Shown one piece after another: positions 51,748 to 64,000 of a stretch of 64,000 nt of DNA. Source of the DNA: a virus. Lineage: Duplodnaviria; Heunggongvirae; Uroviricota; Caudoviricetes. Location of the stretch: positions 2,217 to 66,216 of the IMG/VR virus record IMGVR_UViG_2778261457_000003; one strand, 5' to 3'. The translations under genes and the position numbers were made by a program. Under the pieces are notes generated by a model that did not search any database, was not told the DNA's origin, and saw only the letters and a program-made list of their open reading frames with translations. How positions within the stretch are numbered: position 1 is the stretch's first letter; each line of letters opens with the position of its first letter.

Positions 51748-54700
51748 TTATGCGTATTGTTGGATGACGGCCAGAACGTCCGCCACGTTGTGTTTTGTCT
51801 CGATAATCCACCAGTTACCCGGGAAATCGCTGTTCTTCGCCTTCGCTGGCAGCCAGCGAGCGCCGAATTTCGCCTTGATTGCGTCTTTCGCACGGAAAAG
51901 AACGCCTTTCATGCCTGAGGCTTCCTGAAGCCCAAATACCTCGCCAGCGGCGAATTTTGGTGCGTACATCATCTTCAGGTCGGCGGTGGATACGCGATAA
52001 TTCAGACCAAGAGACTGAGCTATGCTGGTGGCATCACCCTGTATTGATGATAACTCTTCTTGTTTCTCGTTTCTGGCGGCAATCTCTTCCTCCGTGATGT
52101 TGCCAAGGGCCAGGTTTATCCGATCAGCGTCGGCCTGTTTCTCTTCATCGGTGCGCCCGGCAAGAACCGTGTTAATTCTCTGCAATATCTCCACATGATT
52201 CTTGCGCATGCTGAGCAATTCCGGCGTAACCTCGTTAAGATCCACCAGCCCAAGGATGGCAAGGTCGGAAAACATTGATACCAGGTTGTAGGTCATGCGA
52301 TAGCTGAGTTGACCATAGGCTGATGGCAACTTCACCGCATCCATTTGATAGGCATCCATAAATTTAGAGCCGTCGTTTACGACATCCGCTATTGCAGGTG
52401 TGATTTTCCCTGTGGTGGCGGCCTCCCTGATTGCTGTTACCCACGATTGAGTCAGCGCGGCGACTGCATGATTCAGATTGGCTTCCCGTTCTGCTGCGAT
52501 GCGCGCGCTTGCTGCGTCCATTGCCTGCTTGATCTCGGCTTTATTGCTGTAAATGCCAATGGTGCCAAACTGTGCTGTGGTGATCTCATAATCTGACGCC
52601 CGGAACTCATTGGTACCGAAAATGGCATTGGTGACTTCAAGTTCAGAATCCCCGTTACGAGTAGCCCCCTGGCTTGTTTTTTCCGGCATTCTGGCGATCG
52701 CATCCGCTATTTTCTCCTGAATTGCTTCAGGGGATAGCGTATCTCCGTATGACGCGATTACATCGCCATAATTGGAGCCAAACAATTCAACCAGGAATGT
52801 TTCTGCCGAACGGATCTGGCGGTTATTCCCTTCCGACATCATACCAAGCACCCATTTTGCAATTGACGACTTCAGCGCGCCGTCACGGCGATCCGGGTAA
52901 ACCGCATGCTTCAGTGGGTCCGTATAGGTACCAACAAAATCAATGCTATAGCCTGACTCTGTAGTCTGAACGCCGTATGAGTCAGTGATTTTGATCATGC
53001 CGCGCTGCTGGAAACGGTAGAAATCGTCACAGGAAATGATGTCGTTAATCCCGGCGATGGAGACGCCACCACTGATTTTCTGCATAACAGCATCTTCATC
53101 GGGAGTTACATCAACCTGTTTATCCAGCGTCTTCACATCCCAGTTACCCGATTTGGTGCCTTTGAAGGTAAAGATGATCTCCACGTCTGCGCGCTGGCTG
53201 TCGAAGTCCAGCGACTTAATGCGAACGATATCACCGGCACAATCATAGTATTGGCCTACACGCCATGAGCGATCGCCGATAACAAGGAACTCATTCGCAT
53301 GGTTAACCAGATCAGGATCAACATCCAGAATGCCTTTATTTATTGCATCCTCCACCAGCGGGCGCAGGCGTTTGATATCCGTCGCGGCCTTCTGAGTACG
53401 GTTCAATAATTTCTCATAGCGGGAGATGGCCTGAGAGATATTAGCCTTGCGCTGAATGGCGCTTTTCAACGACGCGCGATACTGTGCTAACAACATACGG
53501 TCTGTGTGATGGACGCTACCCCAGCGGGCTTTCCAGTCTGCGTTATCAGCTGCTTTGGCCATTACCGCCTGTTTGAATTTAGCTACCTCGGCGGTGGTCT
53601 TTTCAAGTTCCGCTTTGCTTCGCTCTAATTCAGCGGTAAGTACCTCCACATCCTCGCCAGCTGCGTGCTGCGCCTTGATGTAGTTCTGAAGGTCGATAGT
53701 AGCCTGTTCTTTCTGGCGAGCGCGTTGCGCGGCTTTCGCCTTATCCATTTGAACCTGCATCATTGCCAGACGTTCGCCATCATCCTTAGCGGTATACATC
53801 TGCATTTCGATCATATCGTTGGCGTCGGCGTTCTCCATTTCAGACTTATCTGAGCGGAGGATATCGGAGATCCAGCCTGCTTTACGCTTCAGCGTCTTCA
53901 GTCGGTATTCATCGAAAGAACCCTTGCCGCAGTAGTAGTGAACGCGAACGCTTGCACGGTTGGAACCAACTCGGGCACCGCGACCGTTACGCTGTGCGAT
54001 ACTGGCTGGTGTCCATGGCAACGTCAGATGATGGATGTCAGTCGTTCCTCGATGCAGGTTGATACCCACCTCTGCCTTTTTGTTGCAGATGATGATCGGA
54101 GTCCGGCCCTCCTGGAAGTCGGCAGCAATCTTTTCCAGCCCGCCCAGCGACATTTCATTTTGCTGCGCGATATAGGCGTCATACAGAGCCATTTGCTCGT
54201 TGTATTTCGCTATCTGTGCATCTGTTGGTTCATCCGGTAACTCTTTCGGCGGTTTAACCGCTTTCAGTTTCTTACCGGTTTTACCTGCCTCGGCAACCGT
54301 CTGAGCATTCAGGATCCCCACCTTTGAAGGTTCAAGGTTAAGAGCATTGCAGATAATGCGCTTGAGCTTCTGGTGCTGCGTTTTTTCATCGGTGAAGATG
54401 ATTTGCTTACCTTCCGGGAAAAACTCCTTCAGCGTGGCGATCAGCTTCGCGTATTTTGGTGTAACGGGGTGAGTTACGGTCTGTTCGTCAATGCCAAACC
54501 TGGCCAGGCGCTTATTCACTTCCTGCTCGAACGCTTCCGGAACCTGCAACTGAATAAACTCGCCCTTATCTATCAGGGAGTATTGCGATTGCTGCGTGAT
54601 TGAATCATCACTGTCGTCGTCTTCGCTGGTGGCTTGTTTAGGCAAACTGTCCGCCAGCTGCTGCACCGCATCGGCGTACTCCGGCAGGAAACGATAGGTG

Positions 54701-57700
54701 ATCCGGCGATAGTACAGGTCCATGTCAGTACATACGCGGTCCATATCCCTGATTATTGAGAAGATCGGACGGGCTTTCTCGTGCTCAATCACGCCGTCTT
54801 CATTGACCGAGGTCGTTACGCCATTGTTGGCTTTGGCTGCCGCTTCCGCCTGCTGACGCAATTCTTCATACGCCGCCAGTTGTTCTTCAGTAAGTGGCGC
54901 ATCCTGCTGGTGTTCGTCCAGCTCCGGGATCTCCACGGTATCCTTAACGTCTTCCGCTGTTTTAAGCGTTGTCCAGCGATGGAATATGCCGCGCAGCGCA
55001 TCAAGGTTTTCAAAGCCCACCAGCGCCATTTTTTCTTCAACTTCACCGCTGATTTTCTGTACCGTTTCCAGCCTGGTCTTGCCGAAGAATTTAACGAAGT
55101 CATCAGGACCGTAGATCCCCATCTTCTGCCAGTATTCTTTCGGCAGAACATGAGAAAGCATGTTGTATGCATCGATCGGGGTGTTAACGACTGGCGTTGC
55201 AGTCAGGAGAACCGGTCCGCGCCCGCCATTCTTTTTCATCAGGTACGCGTTTTTGATTGCCATATCTCGCGCCGATTGCGCCACCGCGCTGGTGGGCAGA
55301 TAGGCCAGCTGTGACGCTTCGCGACCATTTTTATAGCTATTGCGGTAGTTGTGGCCTTCGTCGGCGATCACGCTGTCGAAGCCCATATCCTCAAAGTACG
55401 GATACTTCTCTGCTTTTTCGGTACCGGTATCTGAATACTCCGACAATACCCGGCGACGCGCCGCCTCTTTGCGATGGGAATCGGAATCCATTGCGCTGGC
55501 TACGCGCCCGGCGGCAACGAAGTCATAAAGCATATCCTGTGCATGCTCATCTACGGTGTCATCACGTAGCGGAATGCGGGCGTATTGTTCTTTGGTAAAC
55601 ACGACTGCACGGTAATTTGAGTGCGGGATCGCATTCATCCGCGCCGTGATAGTGGCTTCATCTGCCAGCTTAAGAGCATCGCGCATAACTGGAGTGCCAT
55701 CAGTACCAAGAACAGGTTTACCGTTCTCATCGAGCACCGGCACCTGGCGAATCTGATCGCCATCCATCAGCACATCAAGACCGACGAACAGGTAGTTACT
55801 GAATGCCTCTTCACTCAGGAACTCTTTTGCTTCGTAATACCAGTTTTCCAGCACTGATTTAGGCACTACATAAGCAGTACGGGTGGAGCGACCGTTCTCA
55901 TAGTTGAACGCCTCAAGCGCCAGCGCGGTCGTGGTTTTACCCAGCCCGGTGCCGAAGCCCAGGATGCCGCGCCCATCTTCGGACAGTCGGCGCACCTCGC
56001 TATTCTGGTAATCAAATGGCTGGCGCTTACCGCTTAATCCCTTCAACCCAAGCGGATCGCCAGAGTGTTCATACGGGATATTGCTATTGAACACATCGTT
56101 GTATTTGGCAACCAGCTCATCGTAGCGATCGTGCGTCTTGATCCACTTATTGAACTGGTCCTCAAGCAGTGCCATCTGCTCGCGGTAGCCGTTCGCCGTC
56201 GCGCTATCTTTGCCACCGATACGCGCACCATTGAGATACTTTTCCAGCTGTGCCGGGAACCCGGTCGCGTTTTCACCTGATTTACGGTCCCACTCGTAGC
56301 GGATCTCGCCTGTTTCTTTATCCTTGCGCTGGACGACACCGTATCGGTGCCCGACGAACAGACCATCACCACCGTGATAGGTGTCAGAAACCATTTCGTC
56401 GCCTTCCAGCTGCACTGACTGCACATAGCGCAGATCCGGATAGCCGTTTTCCTGCAAAAATTCCAGAATGACGGAACGGTCGAACCAACGGCTATTGAGC
56501 TTAAACCGGATATTCTCTGCTGGCGTCTTGATGCGCTTCTCTTCGATCGCTGCCAGCTGATTAAGGACGTTGTTCTTTACTGGACCGTCGGTGAGCGTGG
56601 CGAGGAATTCCTGTTTTGGAGCCACTATCTCGTTAATGTCGCCGCTGGTGGCGCGGGCGAACGGAACAATCCCGCCATACGGTGAAACCGCAATGCCAGG
56701 GGTGCTGGCCAATAAATTAAGCAACTCGTCATCACTGGCTGGCAGTTCGCCGGTAAACGCAAGGCGGAAATCATCGAGCTGGATTGGATCGCGAGTGAGA
56801 TCACTGTAGAGATAACGCAGGGTGTCCTGATAGCTGGTGGAGTCATAACTGGCGCTGGAATCATGCGTAACCAGTTTTCCTGTCAGCTCGTCAGAAATAG
56901 TGCCATCCAGCTTAATTGCACCACGGAAAGCAAACCAGGCGCGCGCACCGCTTCCCGATAATTTAGCTATCGGACCGCGACCGGGGTTACCAAAACGGTC
57001 AATCTCTGCCTGCAAACGGGATACCAGAGAAAGGCGCTGCTGTTCGATTTGTTCAGCACTATGCCCGGCGGCCTTCATATCCTGATATTCAATTAACATC
57101 CGGCCAATCATCGCCCCGCGATACAAGCGTTCACGGTATTTTTCAGGCTGGCTGTTAATCCAGTCCACCAGCTGCACCATATCGTCGCTGATTGATGTGG
57201 TGTACTTATCGCGGACATTTGCCATCTGGGTAAATGTCATACCGAGACGGCCTTCTGTTGTAGTCAGGTTACGCTGAAGAGCCTCCCAGCTGTCCGCGCC
57301 ATAACTGGCAACATCAATCTTCAGCTCCTTCCCGGCATCAGATTCAATCCAGCGACCACCAGCATATTTTTGCCATACGCCATTAATCAGGCGCATTTCC
57401 CCTTCATCAACAACATCTGCGGTCGGTGACGGTTCAGCCATATCGAGCAAATACCAGTCGATACGGCTTTCGAAACAATGAATCAGCTTCGCTTTAAGAG
57501 CCTGGTTATCAATCTGACCGTCGGCACGAACCTCAATACGCCCCTGGAAGCCCTTTTCCTGGGTGCCATGAACAAACCGGCGGCCGTCCTTTTCAAACCA
57601 CTTGCCAGAAATAAACGTTGGCCAAAGCACATTTGCCGATTCGAGAGTGCTTTCATGCACCAGGGGGATTTTCTCAGCCATCTCTGCCGGATGTTTGCGC

Positions 57701-58515
57701 ATCAGCACCACATCAACGACTGTACTGGTCCCGTTTGCGTCAAAAGTACCGGTAGGCAAGCGGTGAGCGCCAAGAAATTCAGCTTTACGGGATAAGCGCA
57801 GGCGTAACCGCTTCATGTTTGAACCTGAAACAATGGACGGCGGCACAATCACACACATGAATCCGCCAGGTTTTATCTTGTCCAGCATGCGGAGCATGAA
57901 GTAAGACCCCATGTCCGTTTCTTCTGCGTAAGGCTTATCGATGTTGCGTGTGTTATCACGACCGCCGAACGGAACGTTACCCACAACATGGTCGAATGAA
58001 TCGTTAGGCGTGCTTACAGCCAGTTGTTCGAACGGGGAAATCTGTACGCTGTCTTCCGGATGTAACAGCTGGTTTATACGACCGGAAACACTGCTGATCT
58101 CAGTCGCGGTCATCACCGTACCAACCGGTTTTGTCTCATTAAAAACGCCGGTGCCCGCCGATGGTTCCAGAGTGTTACCTACGTCCGCGCCGTAGAGCTT
58201 CATGATCTCCCAGACACCTTCAGCGATCGGCTTTGGTGTGTAATATTCGGAGACGGACCCGCCAATGCCGCCTTCACCGGTGTACCCAGCCAGGATCTGG
58301 CGCTGTTCATCTGTCAGTGTCGCGCCGTCCACCAGCGAATTAAGCAAATCTATCGCCTTCTGATTCGCCTCCCGGCGCAGTCGGTCATAGCTTTTGCCTT
58401 CCACCTTTTCCACGCCGTATTTAATCGGCGCTCGGTGAGATGTTATTGCCCTAATGTATTTCAATATTTCGCTGACACTTGAACAGCGAAACACCCCCAT
58501 AGATAGCTTGTTCAT
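51748..58515 (-). CDS. darB: DarB-like giant antirestriction protein with N6-adenine methyltransferase-like and DExH/SF2 helicase domains
   Basis: 2255 aa; helicase Walker A GFGTGLGKTT and motif II VIADEGHNYRN; MTase-like GNVPFG segment near N-terminus. Confidence 0.8.
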   Translation of the reverse strand: MNKLSMGVFRCSSVSEILKYIRAITSHRAPIKYGVEKVEGKSYDRLRREANQKAIDLLNSLVDGATLTDEQRQILAGYTGEGGIGGSVSEYYTPKPIAEGVWEIMKLYGADVGNTLEPSAGTGVFNETKPVGTVMTATEISSVSGRINQLLHPEDSVQISPFEQLAVSTPNDSFDHVVGNVPFGGRDNTRNIDKPYAEETDMGSYFMLRMLDKIKPGGFMCVIVPPSIVSGSNMKRLRLRLSRKAEFLGAHRLPTGTFDANGTSTVVDVVLMRKHPAEMAEKIPLVHESTLESANVLWPTFISGKWFEKDGRRFVHGTQEKGFQGRIEVRADGQIDNQALKAKLIHCFESRIDWYLLDMAEPSPTADVVDEGEMRLINGVWQKYAGGRWIESDAGKELKIDVASYGADSWEALQRNLTTTEGRLGMTFTQMANVRDKYTTSISDDMVQLVDWINSQPEKYRERLYRGAMIGRMLIEYQDMKAAGHSAEQIEQQRLSLVSRLQAEIDRFGNPGRGPIAKLSGSGARAWFAFRGAIKLDGTISDELTGKLVTHDSSASYDSTSYQDTLRYLYSDLTRDPIQLDDFRLAFTGELPASDDELLNLLASTPGIAVSPYGGIVPFARATSGDINEIVAPKQEFLATLTDGPVKNNVLNQLAAIEEKRIKTPAENIRFKLNSRWFDRSVILEFLQENGYPDLRYVQSVQLEGDEMVSDTYHGGDGLFVGHRYGVVQRKDKETGEIRYEWDRKSGENATGFPAQLEKYLNGARIGGKDSATANGYREQMALLEDQFNKWIKTHDRYDELVAKYNDVFNSNIPYEHSGDPLGLKGLSGKRQPFDYQNSEVRRLSEDGRGILGFGTGLGKTTTALALEAFNYENGRSTRTAYVVPKSVLENWYYEAKEFLSEEAFSNYLFVGLDVLMDGDQIRQVPVLDENGKPVLGTDGTPVMRDALKLADEATITARMNAIPHSNYRAVVFTKEQYARIPLRDDTVDEHAQDMLYDFVAAGRVASAMDSDSHRKEAARRRVLSEYSDTGTEKAEKYPYFEDMGFDSVIADEGHNYRNSYKNGREASQLAYLPTSAVAQSARDMAIKNAYLMKKNGGRGPVLLTATPVVNTPIDAYNMLSHVLPKEYWQKMGIYGPDDFVKFFGKTRLETVQKISGEVEEKMALVGFENLDALRGIFHRWTTLKTAEDVKDTVEIPELDEHQQDAPLTEEQLAAYEELRQQAEAAAKANNGVTTSVNEDGVIEHEKARPIFSIIRDMDRVCTDMDLYYRRITYRFLPEYADAVQQLADSLPKQATSEDDDSDDSITQQSQYSLIDKGEFIQLQVPEAFEQEVNKRLARFGIDEQTVTHPVTPKYAKLIATLKEFFPEGKQIIFTDEKTQHQKLKRIICNALNLEPSKVGILNAQTVAEAGKTGKKLKAVKPPKELPDEPTDAQIAKYNEQMALYDAYIAQQNEMSLGGLEKIAADFQEGRTPIIICNKKAEVGINLHRGTTDIHHLTLPWTPASIAQRNGRGARVGSNRASVRVHYYCGKGSFDEYRLKTLKRKAGWISDILRSDKSEMENADANDMIEMQMYTAKDDGERLAMMQVQMDKAKAAQRARQKEQATIDLQNYIKAQHAAGEDVEVLTAELERSKAELEKTTAEVAKFKQAVMAKAADNADWKARWGSVHHTDRMLLAQYRASLKSAIQRKANISQAISRYEKLLNRTQKAATDIKRLRPLVEDAINKGILDVDPDLVNHANEFLVIGDRSWRVGQYYDCAGDIVRIKSLDFDSQRADVEIIFTFKGTKSGNWDVKTLDKQVDVTPDEDAVMQKISGGVSIAGINDIISCDDFYRFQQRGMIKITDSYGVQTTESGYSIDFVGTYTDPLKHAVYPDRRDGALKSSIAKWVLGMMSEGNNRQIRSAETFLVELFGSNYGDVIASYGDTLSPEAIQEKIADAIARMPEKTSQGATRNGDSELEVTNAIFGTNEFRASDYEITTAQFGTIGIYSNKAEIKQAMDAASARIAAEREANLNHAVAALTQSWVTAIREAATTGKITPAIADVVNDGSKFMDAYQMDAVKLPSAYGQLSYRMTYNLVSMFSDLAILGLVDLNEVTPELLSMRKNHVEILQRINTVLAGRTDEEKQADADRINLALGNITEEEIAARNEKQEELSSIQGDATSIAQSLGLNYRVSTADLKMMYAPKFAAGEVFGLQEASGMKGVLFRAKDAIKAKFGARWLPAKAKNSDFPGNWWIIETKHNVADVLAVIQQYA

Positions 58516-58581
58516 TGGTAATCCTTAACAAGTGACTAGTGTTAAATTCCGTTCAAACACGATGTGAATTATTCTAATTAA

Positions 58582-61312
<2,731 letters not shown>

Positions 61313-61323
61313 CCACCAAAAAT

Positions 61324-61350
61324 AACCCCGGCAGCTGCCGGGGTTCTCGT
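61324..61350 (+). terminator. rho-independent terminator (aaccccggcagctgccggggtt)
   Basis: perfect 8-bp GC stem after the pro stop. Confidence 0.6.
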
Positions 61351-61356
61351 TAACTA

Positions 61357-61611
61357 TTATCGCCTTCGCCTGCGTGCCATATATTTGCGCACCGCGCGGC
61401 GTGGACAATCTGAAGCGGTTTCTTTCTGCTGCATCAATCTTGCAGCCATGCTCAAAAATGTCAGGCACAGCCGAAGCCCTGCATACAATAGCGGTTCCAG
61501 TGGCCACGTCTCATTGAGCACATATACCGCCATGAAAATCGAGTCGAAAACTATCGCCGCCAGCGATAACTTCATTGTCGAAAGTCGGCGGAGCTGCCGG
61601 AGTTTATTCAT
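61357..61611 (-). CDS. small two-TM membrane protein with Arg-rich C-terminus (holin/antiholin-like), downstream of lyz
   Basis: 84 aa; hydrophobic segments LSLAAIVFDSIFMAVYVL and LLYAGLRLCLTFLSMAARL; overlaps lyz 3' end by 8 nt. Confidence 0.35.
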   Translation of the reverse strand: MNKLRQLRRLSTMKLSLAAIVFDSIFMAVYVLNETWPLEPLLYAGLRLCLTFLSMAARLMQQKETASDCPRRAVRKYMARRRRR

Positions 61612-62161
61612 TGACCAGTCCCGTCAGGCAAAGCTGGCGTTCTTTTTCACGGCGAATCTTTAAACCTCGCAGGGGCACGCCGTTACTGTTCACGAAATCA
61701 GGGAGATGGTTACACATATTCACCCATTCCCCTTTCTGCGCCCACTTGTGGATGGACGTTTCGACTCGCATGCCTCGCGCTTTGCTGTAGTAGGTCCGTA
61801 AGCTATTGCATCCCATATTGAATGCCGCGCTTGTCATTGCGCTGAAGGCATTATCGGGCATGTCTTTGCCCCGGAAGTGCTGATTAATACAGCGTTCAGC
61901 GATCAGGATATTCTTTTCCCAATCAGCGGCGATTTGCTGGTCGGTTTTTCGCACACCCGGCGTTACCCCGTGTGTATTACCGATCCCGTCAGTCCATACC
62001 CCCGCCGGGCACATGTATGGATCACGTCGGCAACCTTCAGCGTTACCAATCAGCTCAAGCCCCGCCTGGTTGGTTCGCACATTGCCATTACCCATTACGA
62101 TGGTAATCATCACCGCGATAGCGCAAATTGCACCGCCTCCTGCGGCTGTTTTTCCCTTCAT
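61604..62161 (-). CDS. lyz: SAR-type endolysin (T4-lysozyme fold with N-terminal signal-anchor-release segment)
   Basis: 185 aa; N-terminal Gly/Ala-rich weakly hydrophobic segment AAGGGAICAIAVMITIVMG; catalytic E-x8-(D/C)-x5-T context ELIGNAEGCRRDPYMCPAGVWT. Confidence 0.8.
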   Translation of the reverse strand: MKGKTAAGGGAICAIAVMITIVMGNGNVRTNQAGLELIGNAEGCRRDPYMCPAGVWTDGIGNTHGVTPGVRKTDQQIAADWEKNILIAERCINQHFRGKDMPDNAFSAMTSAAFNMGCNSLRTYYSKARGMRVETSIHKWAQKGEWVNMCNHLPDFVNSNGVPLRGLKIRREKERQLCLTGLVNE

Positions 62162-62293
62162 AAAGACCTCATAAGCGAATTTTTACGCTCCAGGACAAAC
62201 ACCCATTCACAGCCAATACCGACTGACTCGATCCCTTTAGAAGACACAGGATAATGCAAATCACTTGTTAGCTACGTTTCAAAGATATACATT

Positions 62294-62310
62294 ATTGCTC
62301 TAATTAATTT
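62294..62310 (+). promoter_or_regulatory. C1 operator-like site ATTGCTCTAATTAATTT upstream of ssb
   Basis: consensus match 20 bp upstream of the ssb RBS. Confidence 0.55.
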
Positions 62311-62329
62311 ATTTTATTAGGTAAGATAA

Positions 62330-62818
62330 GTGGCACAACGCGGTGTAAACAAAGTCATCCTGATTGGTACCCTGGGGCAAGACCCGGAGATCAGGTATAT
62401 ACCAAATGGCGGCGCGGTCGGAAGACTCAGCATCGCAACGAATGAATCATGGCGCGACAAGCAAACGGGCCAACAGAAAGAGCAAACAGAATGGCATAAA
62501 GTCGTTTTGTTCGGAAAACTTGCTGAAATTGCGAGTGAGTATTTACGAAAAGGTTCTCAGGTCTACATCGAAGGGAAACTTAAAACCCGTAAGTGGACAG
62601 ATGACGCCGGTGTAGAACGTTACACGACGGAAATTATCGTCAGCCAGGGCGGCACCATGCAAATGATCGGCGCTCGCCGTGACGATTCACAGTCCTCAAA
62701 TGGCTGGGGGCAATCAAACCAACCTCAAAACCACCAGCAATACAGTGGTGGCGGTAAACCTCAGAGCAACGCTAATAACGAACCCCCAATGGACTTTGAC
62801 GACGATATTCCGTTTTGA
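62330..62818 (+). CDS. ssb: single-stranded DNA-binding protein
   Basis: 162 aa with OB-fold N-terminus and acidic C-terminal tip MDFDDDIPF. Confidence 0.92.
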   Translation: MAQRGVNKVILIGTLGQDPEIRYIPNGGAVGRLSIATNESWRDKQTGQQKEQTEWHKVVLFGKLAEIASEYLRKGSQVYIEGKLKTRKWTDDAGVERYTTEIIVSQGGTMQMIGARRDDSQSSNGWGQSNQPQNHQQYSGGGKPQSNANNEPPMDFDDDIPF

Positions 62819-63015
62819 ATGTGTAAAAAACGACTGAAAGAAAAGCGGTGGTCCAGACGCCGACAAAAGCACGAACTCGCAAACAAACGCCAAAGTTGGC
62901 AATGGCACGCGCTTTTCACGAAAAGAACACCCCGAGATATTGCTTTCGCTGGTGGGAAAACATTCCTGACCCACCTGAAGGCGCAATACATCAGTTTTTA
63001 AGCAGAGAAAAGACT

Positions 63016-63810
63016 ATGACAGCACAAAATACTAAAACCATTCAATACCGCCTACGTAATGGCCAGAGTGTCGAAGTGACCATCAATAATGATGGAGTGC
63101 CAGGCGAAAAGGTTTCTATCTCCGATCTGGCTATCGAAAAAACCATCATGTGCCACCTTGGCTTTACTGAAGAAGTGAGCAAAAAGCATGGTGTAGCTAT
63201 CTGGCGCACAATGGATACTGGAATGCGCAGATTCATTACTGCTCGTACCCCTGGTATGACCATGATGGACCTCATGCAGATTGCGCCGCTGTTTGAGTGT
63301 GAACCTTTGGATGTATTCAGCAATCCAGCTATCTGCCAGCAGTTATATGGTGAGATGAAACTCGCGGTTACCCCCATTGTGCTGCATGAAGGATCGCTTG
63401 CTGGCGTATGGAAAGTAGAGCGAATTTCAAGCTACATGCCCTTCCACTTCCATGTCAACGGCGTAATCACTGGTGAAAATCAACCTGTTTCCGTTACAAA
63501 GTCAGACCTCAAGCGCGCAATTCTTGAAGCAAGTTGTCGAGTTATCGGCCTGGGCAAACAGTCTTATGTTTGCTTCCCCGCAGGCCCAGAAGGCCCGGCT
63601 GAAATACTGACGATGGATGCCGATCTGCTCTGGCAAATAGAGTTTATGATTGGGAAAAGCATCATCCGAGCTGAAGAACTCGATCAGTACATTACCTGCA
63701 CGATGACGGATGAAGTCAAAAGTGTGGCTATAGCCAATGCCAGGAACCTGTGTCGTACTGCATTGGCAGAGCTGCAAGAAAACACCACGGAAGAGGTGGA
63801 AAGTGATTAA
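63016..63810 (+). CDS. hypothetical protein adjacent to IS1 (position of P1 isaA)
   Basis: ORF from MTAQNTKTIQYRL with RBS (agagaaaagactATG); ORF-track start 62848 is probably an upstream extension. Confidence 0.45.
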   Translation: MTAQNTKTIQYRLRNGQSVEVTINNDGVPGEKVSISDLAIEKTIMCHLGFTEEVSKKHGVAIWRTMDTGMRRFITARTPGMTMMDLMQIAPLFECEPLDVFSNPAICQQLYGEMKLAVTPIVLHEGSLAGVWKVERISSYMPFHFHVNGVITGENQPVSVTKSDLKRAILEASCRVIGLGKQSYVCFPAGPEGPAEILTMDADLLWQIEFMIGKSIIRAEELDQYITCTMTDEVKSVAIANARNLCRTALAELQENTTEEVESD

Positions 63811-63904
63811 TTTTTACTAGAATAAAAAGGGGTGCCAGAGAGCACCCTGATAATACGAAATTAAAGGGAAATAAATTACATGAAGTGTAATTCTTTGCCC
63901 TCTG

Positions 63905-64000
63905 GGTAATGACTCAAACTTATTGATAGTGTTTTATGTTCAGATAATGCCCGATGACTTTGTCATGCAGCTCCACCGATTTTGAGAACGACAGCGACTT
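63905..64000 (-). mobile_element. IS1, terminal ~95 bp only (element continues beyond window end)
   Basis: GGTAATGACTCAAACTTATTGATAGTGTTTTATGTTCAGATAATGCCCGATGACTTTGTCATGCAGCTCCACCGATTTTGAGAACGACAGCGACTT matches the IS1 end as recalled (one mismatch). Confidence 0.85.

Noticed and set aside
51879-57795. Numerous 60-180-aa ORFs on the plus strand inside darB (e.g. 54781-55314, 57478-57795) and similar antisense ORFs inside other long genes (12435-13064 in hrdC/dmt, 16737-17219 opposite tciA, 3140-3604 opposite the head gene)
   Set aside because: Fully embedded antisense to long, well-supported genes, with no RBS and biased composition; typical six-frame noise.

Overview
This window reads as a large segment of a P1-like temperate phage-plasmid from Enterobacteriaceae; all calls rest on reading the sequence and ORF translations, no searches were run. 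Recognised landmarks include loxP (exact 34-bp site) with cre, the c1 repressor and coi, the lpa-pacA-pacB packaging module with a pac site, phd-doc, humD with a LexA box, hot, ssb, a SAR-type endolysin, darB (2255 aa), portal and prohead protease genes, dmt, hrdC, ban, three tRNAs, tciA, and the repA-incA-parA-parB-parS plasmid module with oriR. Head, sheath and baseplate genes are also present, and more than a dozen C1-operator-like sites are scattered at operon starts. Two mobile elements are present: a complete Tn3-family transposon carrying blaTEM (TEM-1 state) inserted in the ref gene with a TAAGA duplication, and the terminal ~95 bp of an IS1 copy at the window end. Three places depart from the P1 layout as I recall it and are the main leads: (1) an AT-rich single gene (346 aa, DUF2971-like motif) sitting where P1 carries its res-mod type III restriction system, (2) a T5orf172/GIY-YIG-like gene with its own terminator between incA and the parA promoter, and (3) an array of four related structured repeats with compensatory stem changes downstream of the tRNA-Asn/tRNA-Thr pair. 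Gene starts taken from the ORF track are often upstream extensions; probable true starts are noted in the evidence.
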